Positions 30,002 to 38,684 of a stretch of DNA of 64,000 bases are shown in pieces. This DNA comes from Patescibacteria group bacterium. Lineage in GTDB: Bacteria; Patescibacteriota; Minisyncoccia; Moranbacterales; DUUL01. The DNA is taken from contig JAYEIQ010000006.1 of assembly GCA_034660175.1 (NCBI GenBank), forward strand, positions 10,201 through 74,200, in the 5' to 3' direction. The first letter of the stretch is position 1; every line of letters begins with the position of its first letter. The position numbers were made by a program, and so were the translations under genes. The notes beneath the pieces are model-generated. The model saw only the letters and a list, made by a program, of their open reading frames with translations. It was not told the origin of the DNA and did not search any database.

Positions 30002-30041
30002 ACATTAAGTGAAAATAAAGCAGTTTACTCGTTGACTATTC

Positions 30042-30068
30042 AAAATCCAGGCGAAAGCCTGGATTTTT
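30042..30068 (+). terminator. Intrinsic terminator after secA
   Basis: AAAATCCAGGC-GAAA-GCCTGGATTTTT. A second A/T-flanked hairpin follows at about 30087-30122. Confidence 0.75.
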
Positions 30069-30201
30069 GGTTATTCCTTGGAAGATAAAAAAAATAACGT
30101 ACCGTGGTACGTTATTTTTTTTATTGCGCAAAGGGGGAAAGTTTTCAAATAAAAAAACATTACAAGGAGGTGGTAACTTCACATTTTATTCACAACAATA
30201 C

Positions 30202-30231
30202 TTGACAAGTTTTTCTCTGTTATGTTATAGT
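30202..30231 (+). promoter_or_regulatory. Probable promoter of the 23S-5S unit
   Basis: TTGACA-18 nt-TATAGT with TGn extension. Confidence 0.65.
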
Positions 30232-31243
30232 TGTTTCTGACGTTCAATGAGGTCTGAAAAGGTTTCATTTGAACACACAGGGGATGGAAACAAATGAGGT
30301 ATATGTTGAATGTGGGAAGCCGCCATAAAAAATATCGATAAGATATACATGCAAAACAAAATCACAGTAACTGAATATTTTAGCGGCTGACAATCAACTC
30401 AGATTTGTTTCGACAAGGCCGCTTTGAGAGCGGTTTTTTGATTGAAAAGTTTTGCGCAAGAAGTTCCATAAAAATCAGGAAAAAGAAGATCTAGCAATAG
30501 GGGTTGGGCAGACGGGTCGTCGCATTGGCGATACTCGCGAAGACTGCTCCCTCTTTTGGTGGATCTTTTGCACAGTCGACAGGCCATTATGTTTTGTGAA
30601 AAAATGAAATGGAACCCTCGGCTCACAACGGATCTCATACTTTGATAATCAAATAGTAGTAGATACATATATCCCATATATATGTATCAAGTAGCAATAA
30701 CAATAGGTTTGCAAATAGTTAAAGTTCAATCTTTGCTATTTGCTAGTCATGTAGGTAAGGTTACACATGCTGTGTGTGGTGAATGCCTTGGCTTGCACAA
30801 GCGATGAAGGACGTAGTAGTCTGCGATAAGCCTCGGGGAGCTGGCAAACAAGCTCTGATCCGGGGATTTCCGAATGCGGCAACGCGCTCTGCTTGCAGAG
30901 TATCTGACACTTTCGGGTGTCAGAGGCAAACCCGTCGAACTGAAACATCTCAGTAGGCGGAGGAAAAGAAAACAATTGTGATTCCCCAAGTAGTGGCGAG
31001 CGAACGGGGAGCAGCCTAAACCTCGATTTATCGAGGTGTTGCGAGATTTTTATTCCTATTTAATTAGGGCGAAGTAAAATGTATTTCTAGCCGAAGACCT
31101 TTGGAAAGAGGCGCCATAGAAGGTAATAGACCTGTAGGTGAAAGAAAGACATCTTCGTGATAATTATTCTCAAGTAAGGCGGAGCTGGTGAAACTCCGTT
31201 TGAATCTGGGAGCACTATACTTCCAAGGCTAAATATTGTGCAA

Positions 31244-31289
<46 letters not shown>

Positions 31290-31863
31290 GATAAGGGGAG
31301 TGAAATAGATCCTGAAACCACATACTTACAAAGAGTCGGAGCCCCGCTTGCGGGGTGACGGCGTGCTTTTTGCAGAACGAGCCAACGAGTTACTTTGTGT
31401 GGCGAACATAATCCCGTTATGCGGGAGGATGTGTAGTGAAAGCGAGGCTTAATCGCCGACCAACAAGTCGCACTGAGTAGACCCGAAACCGGGCGAGCTA
31501 CACTTGAGCAGGGTGAACCGCGGGTAACACTGCGGGGAGGCCCGAACCCACCGGCCGTTCAACTCCGGGGGATGACTTGAGTGTAGAGGAGAAATTCCAA
31601 TCGAGCTCGGAAATAGCTGGTTCTTCCCGAAATAGCTGGAGGGCTAGCGTCAAGAAACTATCTTACGGAGGTAGAGCTACTGGAAGAGTTGATGTGGCTT
31701 CGGTCAAGTCTCCTCTACCAAACTCCGAATGCCGTAAGAACTATCTTGGCAGTCAGAACTTGGGCTCTAAGGTCCAAGCTCAAAAGGGAAACAGCCCAGA
31801 TCGCAATCTAAGGTCCCTAAATCTATACTAAGTGGGAAAGGAAGTGAAGTTACTTAAACAGCT

Positions 31864-31906
<43 letters not shown>

Positions 31907-32173
31907 CAGCTCACTAGTCTAGCGACTTCGCGCCGAAGATGTAACGGGGCTAAGTATAGTACCGAAGATGCGATTGTCAGTGCTTGCACTGGCGAGGTAG
32001 GGAAGCGTTCCTGTCAGCAGTGAAGCGGGTCCGTGAGGAACCGTGGAGCGTCAGGAAGTGAGAATGTTGGCATGAGTAACCGCAATGTGAGTGAGATTCT
32101 CACACACCGAAAGTCTAAGGTTTCCTGGGCGATGTTAATCATCCCAGGGTTAGGCGATCCTAAGGCGAGTCCG

Positions 32174-32332
32174 TGGCACAGGTTCTTTGAGTCAATTTTA
32201 AATTTTAAATTTTAAATCAGTTCTCAATGAATTAATTTTCAATTTTCAATTAGTTTTGAATTTTGAGTATTAAGATATTGGAAATTTTTTAGAAATTAGA
32301 AATTAGAAATTGCGTTCGAAGAGCGTGTGCTG
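32174..32332 (+). other. 23S intervening sequence 1 (heptamer-repeat hairpin)
   Basis: Replaces the small GCC-GAAA-GGC hairpin found at about E. coli 1360-1370. Closing stem CCGTGGCACA/TGTGCTGCGG. AATTTTA, AATTTTC and TTAGAAA repeats inside. Confidence 0.85.
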
Positions 32333-33147
32333 CGGGGTAGTCGATGGTCAGCAGGTTAATATTCCTGCCCTGCTACATTATTCGATGGAGTGACGCATTC
32401 TAGTAGTTCTCCCCGGTTATTGGATTCCGGGAGGGATACTGAGGGCGCTGGATAGGTAAATCCGCCAGCACCAGCCCAAGGTATCTCTGGAAGTTCGCCA
32501 TTGGCGAGCGAACGAGGGTGAGCAGAGTGCCAGGAAAAACTTCTAAGGTTAGTAATGTAGTATTCGTACCGCAAACCGACACAGGTAGACAGGGCGAGTA
32601 GCCCAAGGTGAACGGGAGAACCCTTGTTAAGGAACTCGGCAAAACAGCGACCGTAACTTCGGGATAAGGTCCGCCAACCCCACTTCGGTGGGTTTGGCCG
32701 CAGCTAAAGATGCCTGGCGACTGTTTATCAAAAACACAGGTCTCTGCTAACCCGTAAGGGGATGTATAGGGGCTGACGCCTGACCAGTGCTGGAACGTTA
32801 ACGAGAGAGGTGCAAGCCAATCTCCGAAGCGCCAGTGAACGTCAGCGATAACTATAATCGTTCTAAGGTAGCGAAATTCCTTGTCGGCTAATTACCGACC
32901 CGCATTAAAGGCGTAACGACTGGGCAACTGTCTCAACAAGGGACCCGGTGAAATTGCAATGGGGGTGAAGATGCCCTCTACCTACGGCAAGACGAAAAGA
33001 CCCCGTGGAGCTTTACTACAACTTGGCATTGGATTTGAGATTATACTGCCGAGCATAGGTGGGAGACTTTGAAACACCGTTTCCGGACGGAGTGGAGTCA
33101 CCAGTGGAATACCACCCTTTATGCTTTTAAATCCTAACCTTGGTCTG

Positions 33148-33385
33148 ATATTTGGACTTTTGGTTGTTCGCGAGTTGAGTAATGAAGGAAGTCTCTCGTT
33201 TGGTGCATTTCTTTGTTGGAATCTGTGCTTTTCGCTCATCGTATCTTAAATACGATTTGCTTAATGCTCGATTTTGCCTTGAATTGCACTCAAATGCTTA
33301 AACTTCCCAAGTTTAAAAGTTTTCACATTAACTTGAGTGATATTTACTCAATTTGCTGATCAACTAAATCAAAAAGTTCAAATAC
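33148..33385 (+). other. 23S intervening sequence 2 (long hairpin in helix-79 region)
   Basis: Lies between CCTAACCTTGGTCTG and CAGACCGGGAACAGTG. Arms TATTTGGACTTTTT and AAAAAGTTCAAATA. Confidence 0.85.
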
Positions 33386-33404
33386 CAGACCGGGAACAGT
33401 GCCT

Positions 33405-33456
<52 letters not shown>

Positions 33457-33689
33457 ACAAAGGTTGGCTAGTTCCGGATGGAAATCGGAGCGATAGGGCA
33501 AAACCACAAGCCAGCTTTACTGCAAGACGGATATGTCGAGCAGTTACGAAAGTAGGATTTAGTGAACCGACCGTGGCATATAGATGCGCGGAAGATCATC
33601 AGATAAAAGTTACCCCGGGGATAACAGGCTAATAGCGCCCAATAGTTCACATAGACGGCGCTGTTTGGCACCTCGATGTCGGCTCATCT

Positions 33690-33720
<31 letters not shown>

Positions 33721-33908
33721 TGGCTGTTCGCCAATTAAAGAGGTACGCGAGCTGGGTTCAAACCGTCGTGAGACAGGTTGGTCTCTATCTGCCGTAGGCG
33801 TCGCTGCTTGAGAGGATTCTTCCCTAGTACGAGAGGACCGGGAAGAGCGAACCTCTGGTGTATCGGTTGTCACTGCCAAGTGCATTGCCGAGTAGCTAAG
33901 TTCGTTTC

Positions 33909-33941
<33 letters not shown>

Positions 33942-34058
33942 AAACTCAAGATAAGGCAGCTTGAATCTGGTGGCAGACTACCACCTTAATAGGCTCTAGG
34001 TATACGCACAGTAATGTGTTTAGCCGAGGAGTACTAATGATTCTTAGTAACCTTTCCA

Positions 34059-34236
34059 ACTGACCATTTTCATTTAGGTTGATAGGAAAAATTGTATATT
34101 TAGCTAGAATATATTGCTTTGGAGTTCAAAAAATTCGCAAATGTATTTAATATACGTAGAGAATTTTTTAAACGAAAAGCATACAGACTGGTTGAAGATG
34201 CGGTTTTTAACATTAATCTAAATGTAAATGGTCAGT
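34059..34236. repeat. Long palindromic element in the 23S-5S spacer
   Basis: Perfect 11-bp ends ACTGACCATTT/AAATGGTCAGT, with imperfect pairing throughout. Confidence 0.7.
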
Positions 34237-34476
34237 ATACATGGCTTGGCATTTGAGTTTATACTTTTTTGTATAAGTTCTTCCGCCGGGCTAAATGACT
34301 AGCAATTAAGAAAGATTGAATGAGTTTATATCAAAAGTAAGCTCTTAATTAGATAATTTTGTCTTGGTGGTCCTTGTGGGATGGGTACACCTGTTTCTCC
34401 GCTCAAGAAGTGGCGGACAGATATCCCTATATCGTTTTCACTGTGCTTGGTGCTTTTTGCGGAGTGGGTACACCTG

Positions 34477-34516
34477 TCCTACTTCGTTTCGTCAAGACGG
34501 AACTACGAAGGATAAA
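34477..34516 (-). mobile_element. 40-bp REP-like palindromic insert in 5S copy B
   Basis: TCCT...AGGA hairpin plus TAAA (TTTA on the minus strand). Removal restores CACCTG|TTTCCATCC. Confidence 0.65.
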
Positions 34517-34525
34517 TTTCCATCC

Positions 34526-34695
34526 TTTACCACGTACCATTTAAATTCAGTGTCCTTGGTATCTTTTGCGAGAGGGGTACACCTGTTTCCATCCCGAACA
34601 CAGAAGTTAAGTCTCTCAGCGCCGATGGTAGTCGTAAGGCAAGAGTAGGTCGGTGCCAAGGACAGTGGATTTAAATATCAAATGGTATACTGTGG
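34526..34695 (+). mobile_element. 170-bp insert carrying an intact 5S gene
   Basis: TTTA + CCAC-GTACCATTT ... AAATGGTAT-ACT-GTGG inverted arms. Precise insertion with no target duplication. Confidence 0.65.
34551..34664 (+). rRNA. rrf: 5S rRNA (intact inner copy C)
   Basis: GGTACACCTGTTTCCATCCCGAACACAGAAGTTAAG, GCCGATGGTAG, GAGTAGG. Helix I TGTCCTTGGTA/TGCCAAGGACA. Confidence 0.95.
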
Positions 34696-34780
34696 CGAAC
34701 ACAGAAGTTAAGCACTCTGGCGTTGATGGTAGTCACAAGGCAAGAGTAAGTCAATGCCAAGCACAATGCAAACAAGCTGA

Positions 34781-34822
34781 GCCGACTTGTCTTGCCAAAG
34801 CCAAAGCGAAAGCGTCGGCGGG
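34781..34822. mobile_element. Palindromic insert in 3' part of 5S copy A
   Basis: GCCGAC...GTCGGC-GGG interrupts GCTGA|TGGTAG. Confidence 0.5.
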
Positions 34823-34864
34823 TGGTAGCCTCAAGGCAAGAGTAGGTTGTCGCCAAGACAAAGT

Positions 34865-34888
34865 CATCCCATCAAGGGGTGTTTTTTT
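34865..34888 (+). terminator. Terminator of the rRNA unit
   Basis: CATCCC-ATCAA-GGGGTG followed by a T-run. Confidence 0.6.
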
Positions 34889-34946
34889 GATTTGAGCCAT
34901 TTTTAATGCTATAATTAAGTATTAAATAAAATGTTAAGAAAGTAGC

Positions 34947-35786
34947 ATGGCACAAAGAGATGTTAAGAGATTTTTTATACTGATTGTTTATTTTCTTTTT
35001 CTTTTTCTTTTCTTGTTTGTCGTTTATTTTTTGTTTAAGGCAGATCCATCTTGTTTTGATGGAAAGCACAATCAGGGAGAAGATGCAACTGATTGTGGTG
35101 GTCCATGTGTTCCTTGTTCTGAGATAATAAAGCTTCAGCCGATTAAAATCGAGTCTGTTGAATGGATTCATGATATAGAAAATAAATATGATGTGGTTGC
35201 AGAAGTGGTCAATCCAAATGATGTGTTTGGTGTTGTGATGGTTCGTTATCAGGCAAAAGTGAAAAATGGATCAGAGGGAATGTCTTATGAAAGCAAGTGG
35301 CAGGAGAGTTTTATTTTGCCAGGAGAGTCTAAATATCTTTTTGTTCAAGGGTTTGAAATAGATGCTTCGTTGGGTGATTCTGCGAACATTGAAGTTATAA
35401 TTGACGAAGACTCTGTTGTTTGGGAAAAATTTAAAAGCTATGAAGAACCAAACTTGATCATAAACAATCCAGGCTATGAAGAAGTTAGTGGGGGTGGTGT
35501 TGGTTTTGGAAGAGCATTTGGCACAATCATCAATCGAAGTAATGTTGATCTTGAGATTGTTCGAGTGAAAGTTTTGCTGTTTGATGACAAAGGCAAACTT
35601 CTAGCAGTCAATTCTCAGATCATGAATACATTGACAGCAGGAGAATTTAGGGATTATGTAATAAATTTCCCACACCGTTTTCCTGGATCTGTTTCCAATG
35701 TTAAGGCTTTTCCAGAGTCAAATCCTTTTGATTCAGAAAACTACATTCGTGTTTATGGAAGGCCAGATAAGTGGGACGAGAGGTAG
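34947..35786 (+). CDS. Membrane-anchored protein with Cys motif and FxLYD-like domain
   Basis: TM, SCFDGKHNQGEDATDCGGPCVPC, VLLFDDKGKLLA. Confidence 0.7.
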   Translation: MAQRDVKRFFILIVYFLFLFLFLFVVYFLFKADPSCFDGKHNQGEDATDCGGPCVPCSEIIKLQPIKIESVEWIHDIENKYDVVAEVVNPNDVFGVVMVRYQAKVKNGSEGMSYESKWQESFILPGESKYLFVQGFEIDASLGDSANIEVIIDEDSVVWEKFKSYEEPNLIINNPGYEEVSGGGVGFGRAFGTIINRSNVDLEIVRVKVLLFDDKGKLLAVNSQIMNTLTAGEFRDYVINFPHRFPGSVSNVKAFPESNPFDSENYIRVYGRPDKWDER

Positions 35787-35923
35787 ACTGATAAAACAAA
35801 AAGAATAGAAAAGAGGGAATTGTTGCAATAAAGATTTTTTGTTTGACATTTTTTCAAAGTGAGTGTATTCTTTGAGTATAAAAATACAAGTTGAAAACCG
35901 CCGAAAGGCTGTTTTTTAAACCA

Positions 35924-36084
35924 AGAAACTGTCTAAAAAGCTCATTTTCTGTTACAAATCTCAGGTTCCGGCTACAAATTGTTCATTGCTTGTTGGTGTA
36001 TAATTATACAATCTCTTTGCAATTCACAATTTTTGCACGGAATCTGGAATTTTCACGACGAAAGAGGCTTATCAGACAGTTTCT
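35924..36084. repeat. Long palindromic (MITE-like) element upstream of secE
   Basis: Perfect ends AGAAACTGTCT/AGACAGTTTCT and central TGTATAATTATACA. Confidence 0.65.
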
Positions 36085-36097
36085 GATCAAAAAAGAT

Positions 36098-36280
36098 ATG
36101 AATAAAGCAATATCGTTTGTAAAAGAGGCCTATGTGGAGCTCAAAAAAGTAAATTGGCCATCAAGAAAGCAAACAATCAACTATACTTTGGTTGTTATTG
36201 GTGCAAGCATCGCAGTTGCCGTTTTTCTTGGAATCCTTGATATGTTTTTTTCTTCAGTTATTGAGAAATTTTTGCTTTAA
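36098..36280 (+). CDS. secE: Preprotein translocase SecE
   Basis: FVKEAYVELKKVNWPSRKQTINYT plus TM. ATG at 36098. Confidence 0.93.
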   Translation: MNKAISFVKEAYVELKKVNWPSRKQTINYTLVVIGASIAVAVFLGILDMFFSSVIEKFLL

Positions 36281-36321
36281 GCCTTTTTTGAAGATAAGAG
36301 TAAAAAATAATTTTTTATGTC

Positions 36322-36867
36322 ATGGCAAAACAAACGCAACATCATGGACGAGCATGGTATGTGCTACACACATACAGTGGGTATGAAGACACTGTATCAC
36401 GTAATCTCAAGCAAAGAATAGAATCTATGGGCATGCAAGATAGAATTTTTGATGTGATGGTTCCCAAGGAGAAGAAGATAAAAATCAGAAATGGAAAACG
36501 CTATGTTGTCGAAGAAAGGATATTTCCTGGATATGTGCTGGTGAACATGGTTGTGACTGATGACTCTTGGTATGTGGTGAGAAACACTCCAAACGTGACG
36601 GGATTCATCGGAATGGGAACGACTCCAACTCCTGTTAATCCCAAAGAGATTGGCGGACTCAAGAAAAGAATGGGTGTTCAAGAGCCTAAATACAAAGTTG
36701 ATGTTGCTAAGAATGATTCAGTGAAGATTATTGACGGACCTTTCAAAAATTTCGAAGGTAAGGTTGACGAAGTTGATAACGAGAAAGGGAAAATTAAAGT
36801 GTTAGTGAGTATTTTTGGAAGAGAAACGCCTGTTGAGCTTGATTTTTTGCAAATCAAGAAAGTATAA
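36322..36867 (+). CDS. nusG: Transcription factor NusG
   Basis: WYVLHTYSGYE, FPGYVLV, KOW GPFKNFEG, IFGRETPVELDF. Confidence 0.98.
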   Translation: MAKQTQHHGRAWYVLHTYSGYEDTVSRNLKQRIESMGMQDRIFDVMVPKEKKIKIRNGKRYVVEERIFPGYVLVNMVVTDDSWYVVRNTPNVTGFIGMGTTPTPVNPKEIGGLKKRMGVQEPKYKVDVAKNDSVKIIDGPFKNFEGKVDEVDNEKGKIKVLVSIFGRETPVELDFLQIKKV

Positions 36868-36905
36868 AGAAACATCAGTAATTCAAATTAGTTAATAACA
36901 AGAAA

Positions 36906-37331
36906 ATGGCAAAGAAAGTAGAAACTATTATCAAATTGCAAATCAGAGCAGGTCAGGCAAATCCAGCGCCTCCAGTTGGTCCTGCATTGGGTCAGCATGG
37001 CTTGAATATTCAAGATTTTTGCACAAGATTCAATGATGCAACAAAGGAACTGGGTGGAGATGTTATTCCTGTAGAAATTAGCGTGTATGATGACAGAAGT
37101 TTTGATTTTGTGCTCAAGTCACCACCAGCAGCAGAGCTATTGAAAAAAGCCGCAAACGTGAAAAAGGGCGCAGCAAACCCGCTGACCGATAAGGTGGGAA
37201 CAGTCACAAAGGAACAAGTCAGAGAAATTGCCGAAAAGAAAATGCAAGATCTGAATGCGAATGACACCAGTGCCGCGATGAAGATTGTTGGAGGAACTGC
37301 TCGATCAATGGGGATAAAGGTAGAAGAATAA
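36906..37331 (+). CDS. rplK: 50S ribosomal protein L11
   Basis: [18 protein letters not shown] and GTARSMG. Confidence 0.98.
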   Translation: MAKKVETIIKLQIRAGQANPAPPVGPALGQHGLNIQDFCTRFNDATKELGGDVIPVEISVYDDRSFDFVLKSPPAAELLKKAANVKKGAANPLTDKVGTVTKEQVREIAEKKMQDLNANDTSAAMKIVGGTARSMGIKVEE

Positions 37332-37345
37332 TTAATATAATAACA

Positions 37346-37387
37346 AGTGGGAGCTCGAGCAATTTATTTGACCTAGCGCAGACCACT
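37346..37387 (+). promoter_or_regulatory. L1-binding autoregulatory leader
   Basis: AGTGGGAG...GACCACT hairpin immediately before rplA. Confidence 0.65.
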
Positions 37388-37394
37388 AAAGATA

Positions 37395-38072
37395 ATGAGA
37401 AGAGGAAAAAACTACAAGAAAGCGCAGGAATGTTTTGAGCAAATCAAAGCATATTCTGTCGATGAAGCACTTGAGATTTTGTCGAAGTTTCCAAAGACGA
37501 AATTTGACGAATCTGTCGAAGTTCACGTTAGGTTGAATCTTGATTCAAAAAAATCAGATCAGCAAGTAAGGGGAACTGTCAATCTTCCTCATGGAACTGG
37601 CAAAACACTTCGTATCGCTGCCTTTACTGAGACTCAGGTAACAGAAGCGAAAAAGGCTGGTGCCGATTTGGTTGGTGGTGAGGAACTGATTGAAAAAATT
37701 AGCAATGGTAAAGTGGATGATTTTGAAGTTGCTGTTGCAACTCCCGAAATGATGCCAAAGTTAGCGAAAGTTGCCAAAATTCTTGGACCGAAAGGCTTGA
37801 TGCCAAATCCAAAATCAGAAACAGTAGGACTGAAAATTACTCCAATGATAGAAGGTCTCAAAAAGGGAAAAGCAAGTTTCAAGAATGATAATGGCGGAAA
37901 TATTCATCAGGTTGTCGGAAAAAGATCATTTGATGTGGGGCAATTAAAAGAGAACACCGAAGCTTTTTTGAAGAGCATACGAAAGATGAAACCAACAGCA
38001 GTTAAAGGGAAACTAATAAAGAAAGTAACTGTTACTGCAACGATGAGTCCATCAATAACAGTTAAAGCTTAA
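37395..38072 (+). CDS. rplA: 50S ribosomal protein L1
   Basis: [35 protein letters not shown]. Confidence 0.98.
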   Translation: MRRGKNYKKAQECFEQIKAYSVDEALEILSKFPKTKFDESVEVHVRLNLDSKKSDQQVRGTVNLPHGTGKTLRIAAFTETQVTEAKKAGADLVGGEELIEKISNGKVDDFEVAVATPEMMPKLAKVAKILGPKGLMPNPKSETVGLKITPMIEGLKKGKASFKNDNGGNIHQVVGKRSFDVGQLKENTEAFLKSIRKMKPTAVKGKLIKKVTVTATMSPSITVKA

Positions 38073-38085
38073 ACTATCCAAAACC

Positions 38086-38250
38086 ATGGCACAAGATTTT
38101 CTTATCACAATGAAATGTACAAAGTGTAGCAACAGAAACTACTACACTTACAAAAACAAGAAAAAGATTCAAGAGAAACTTGAATTGAAAAAGCATTGTC
38201 CAAAATGCAAAGCACATACGATTCACAAGGAAACTAAGCTGAAAAAATAA
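38086..38250 (+). CDS. rpmG: 50S ribosomal protein L33 (Zn-ribbon type); below the ORF-track cutoff
   Basis: [54 protein letters not shown]. Confidence 0.95.
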   Translation: MAQDFLITMKCTKCSNRNYYTYKNKKKIQEKLELKKHCPKCKAHTIHKETKLKK

Positions 38251-38301
38251 GTATAGTTGATTTTAAGCAACTTGAGCGGGAATAATTTAGACAACGTCCA
38301 T

Positions 38302-38372
38302 GCGGGTGTCGTATAGTGGTAATACGTCGGTCTCCAAAACCGATAACGGGGGTTCGATTCCCTCCACCCGTG
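38302..38372 (+). tRNA. tRNA-Trp(CCA)
   Basis: GCGGGTG/CACCCGT acceptor, TCGGT-CTCCAAA-ACCGA anticodon arm, GGTTCGATTCC. CCA not encoded. Confidence 0.95.
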
Positions 38373-38374
38373 CA

Positions 38375-38562
38375 GAAAGACAAAAGCCATTCCTTCAGGG
38401 ATGGTTTTTGTCTTGTGTTCAAGAGGGAATCGAACGGGCAACAACGAGTCGTGAGCGGAGGCGAACAGATGAGTGCCGCCGGAAGCGGACGAGCTTTCGG
38501 CGTTGCCCTGGACAACGATCTCGCCTTGGGGCGGGAGAGGCGAAATTCCCTCCACTCGTGCA
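38375..38562 (+). repeat. tRNA-linked structured element ending in a copy of the tRNA 3' end
   Basis: 38545-38562 matches 38357-38374 at 17/18. 38423-38435 is the reverse complement of the T-arm. Confidence 0.7.
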
Positions 38563-38684
38563 TTGAAATTCGAACTGGAAAGAGACTTGGAAAAGGTCTC
38601 TTTTTTGATTCTAATTTTTTAGAGAATAAAAAAACTGTCTTAATGCAATTGTGCCAAAACGGTTTTTGGTTCAAGATTGAAAAA

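Larger units (their letters stand above)
34442..34765 (+). pseudogene. Middle, split 5S rRNA copy B (34442-34525 + 34696-34765)
   Basis: Helix I TGTGCTTGGTG/TGCCAAGCACA and helix II GGAGTG/CACTCT. Junction TTTCCATCC|CGAACACAG. Confidence 0.88.
34360..34860 (+). pseudogene. Outer, split and decayed 5S rRNA copy A (5' part 34360-~34427; 3' part ~34774-34860)
   Basis: TGTCTTGGTG...GGTACACCTGTTT and TGGTAGCC-TCAA-GGCAAGAGTAGG...CGCCAAGACA. Its helix I strands pair with each other. Confidence 0.8.

Noticed and set aside
32990-33005. 23S A at the E. coli 2057-equivalent position as a macrolide-resistance mutation
   Set aside because: It is matched by T at the 2611-equivalent, so it looks like a natural compensated pair.
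34360-34860. Nested 5S as a simple assembly collapse
   Set aside because: The copies differ in sequence and each outer pair shows its own complementary helix strands, which a collapse would not create. Read validation is still advisable.
34359-34895. Repeated GGTACACCTG / AAGGCAAGAGTA units as a CRISPR array or small ORFs
   Set aside because: The repeats are conserved 5S rRNA segments with irregular spacing, and there are no cas genes.
35891-36097. Long N-terminal extensions of secE (also guaB, rdgB, plsC and the 45913 pilin) in the ORF track
   Set aside because: They arise from upstream alternative start codons. Family homology and SD positions support the downstream ATGs.
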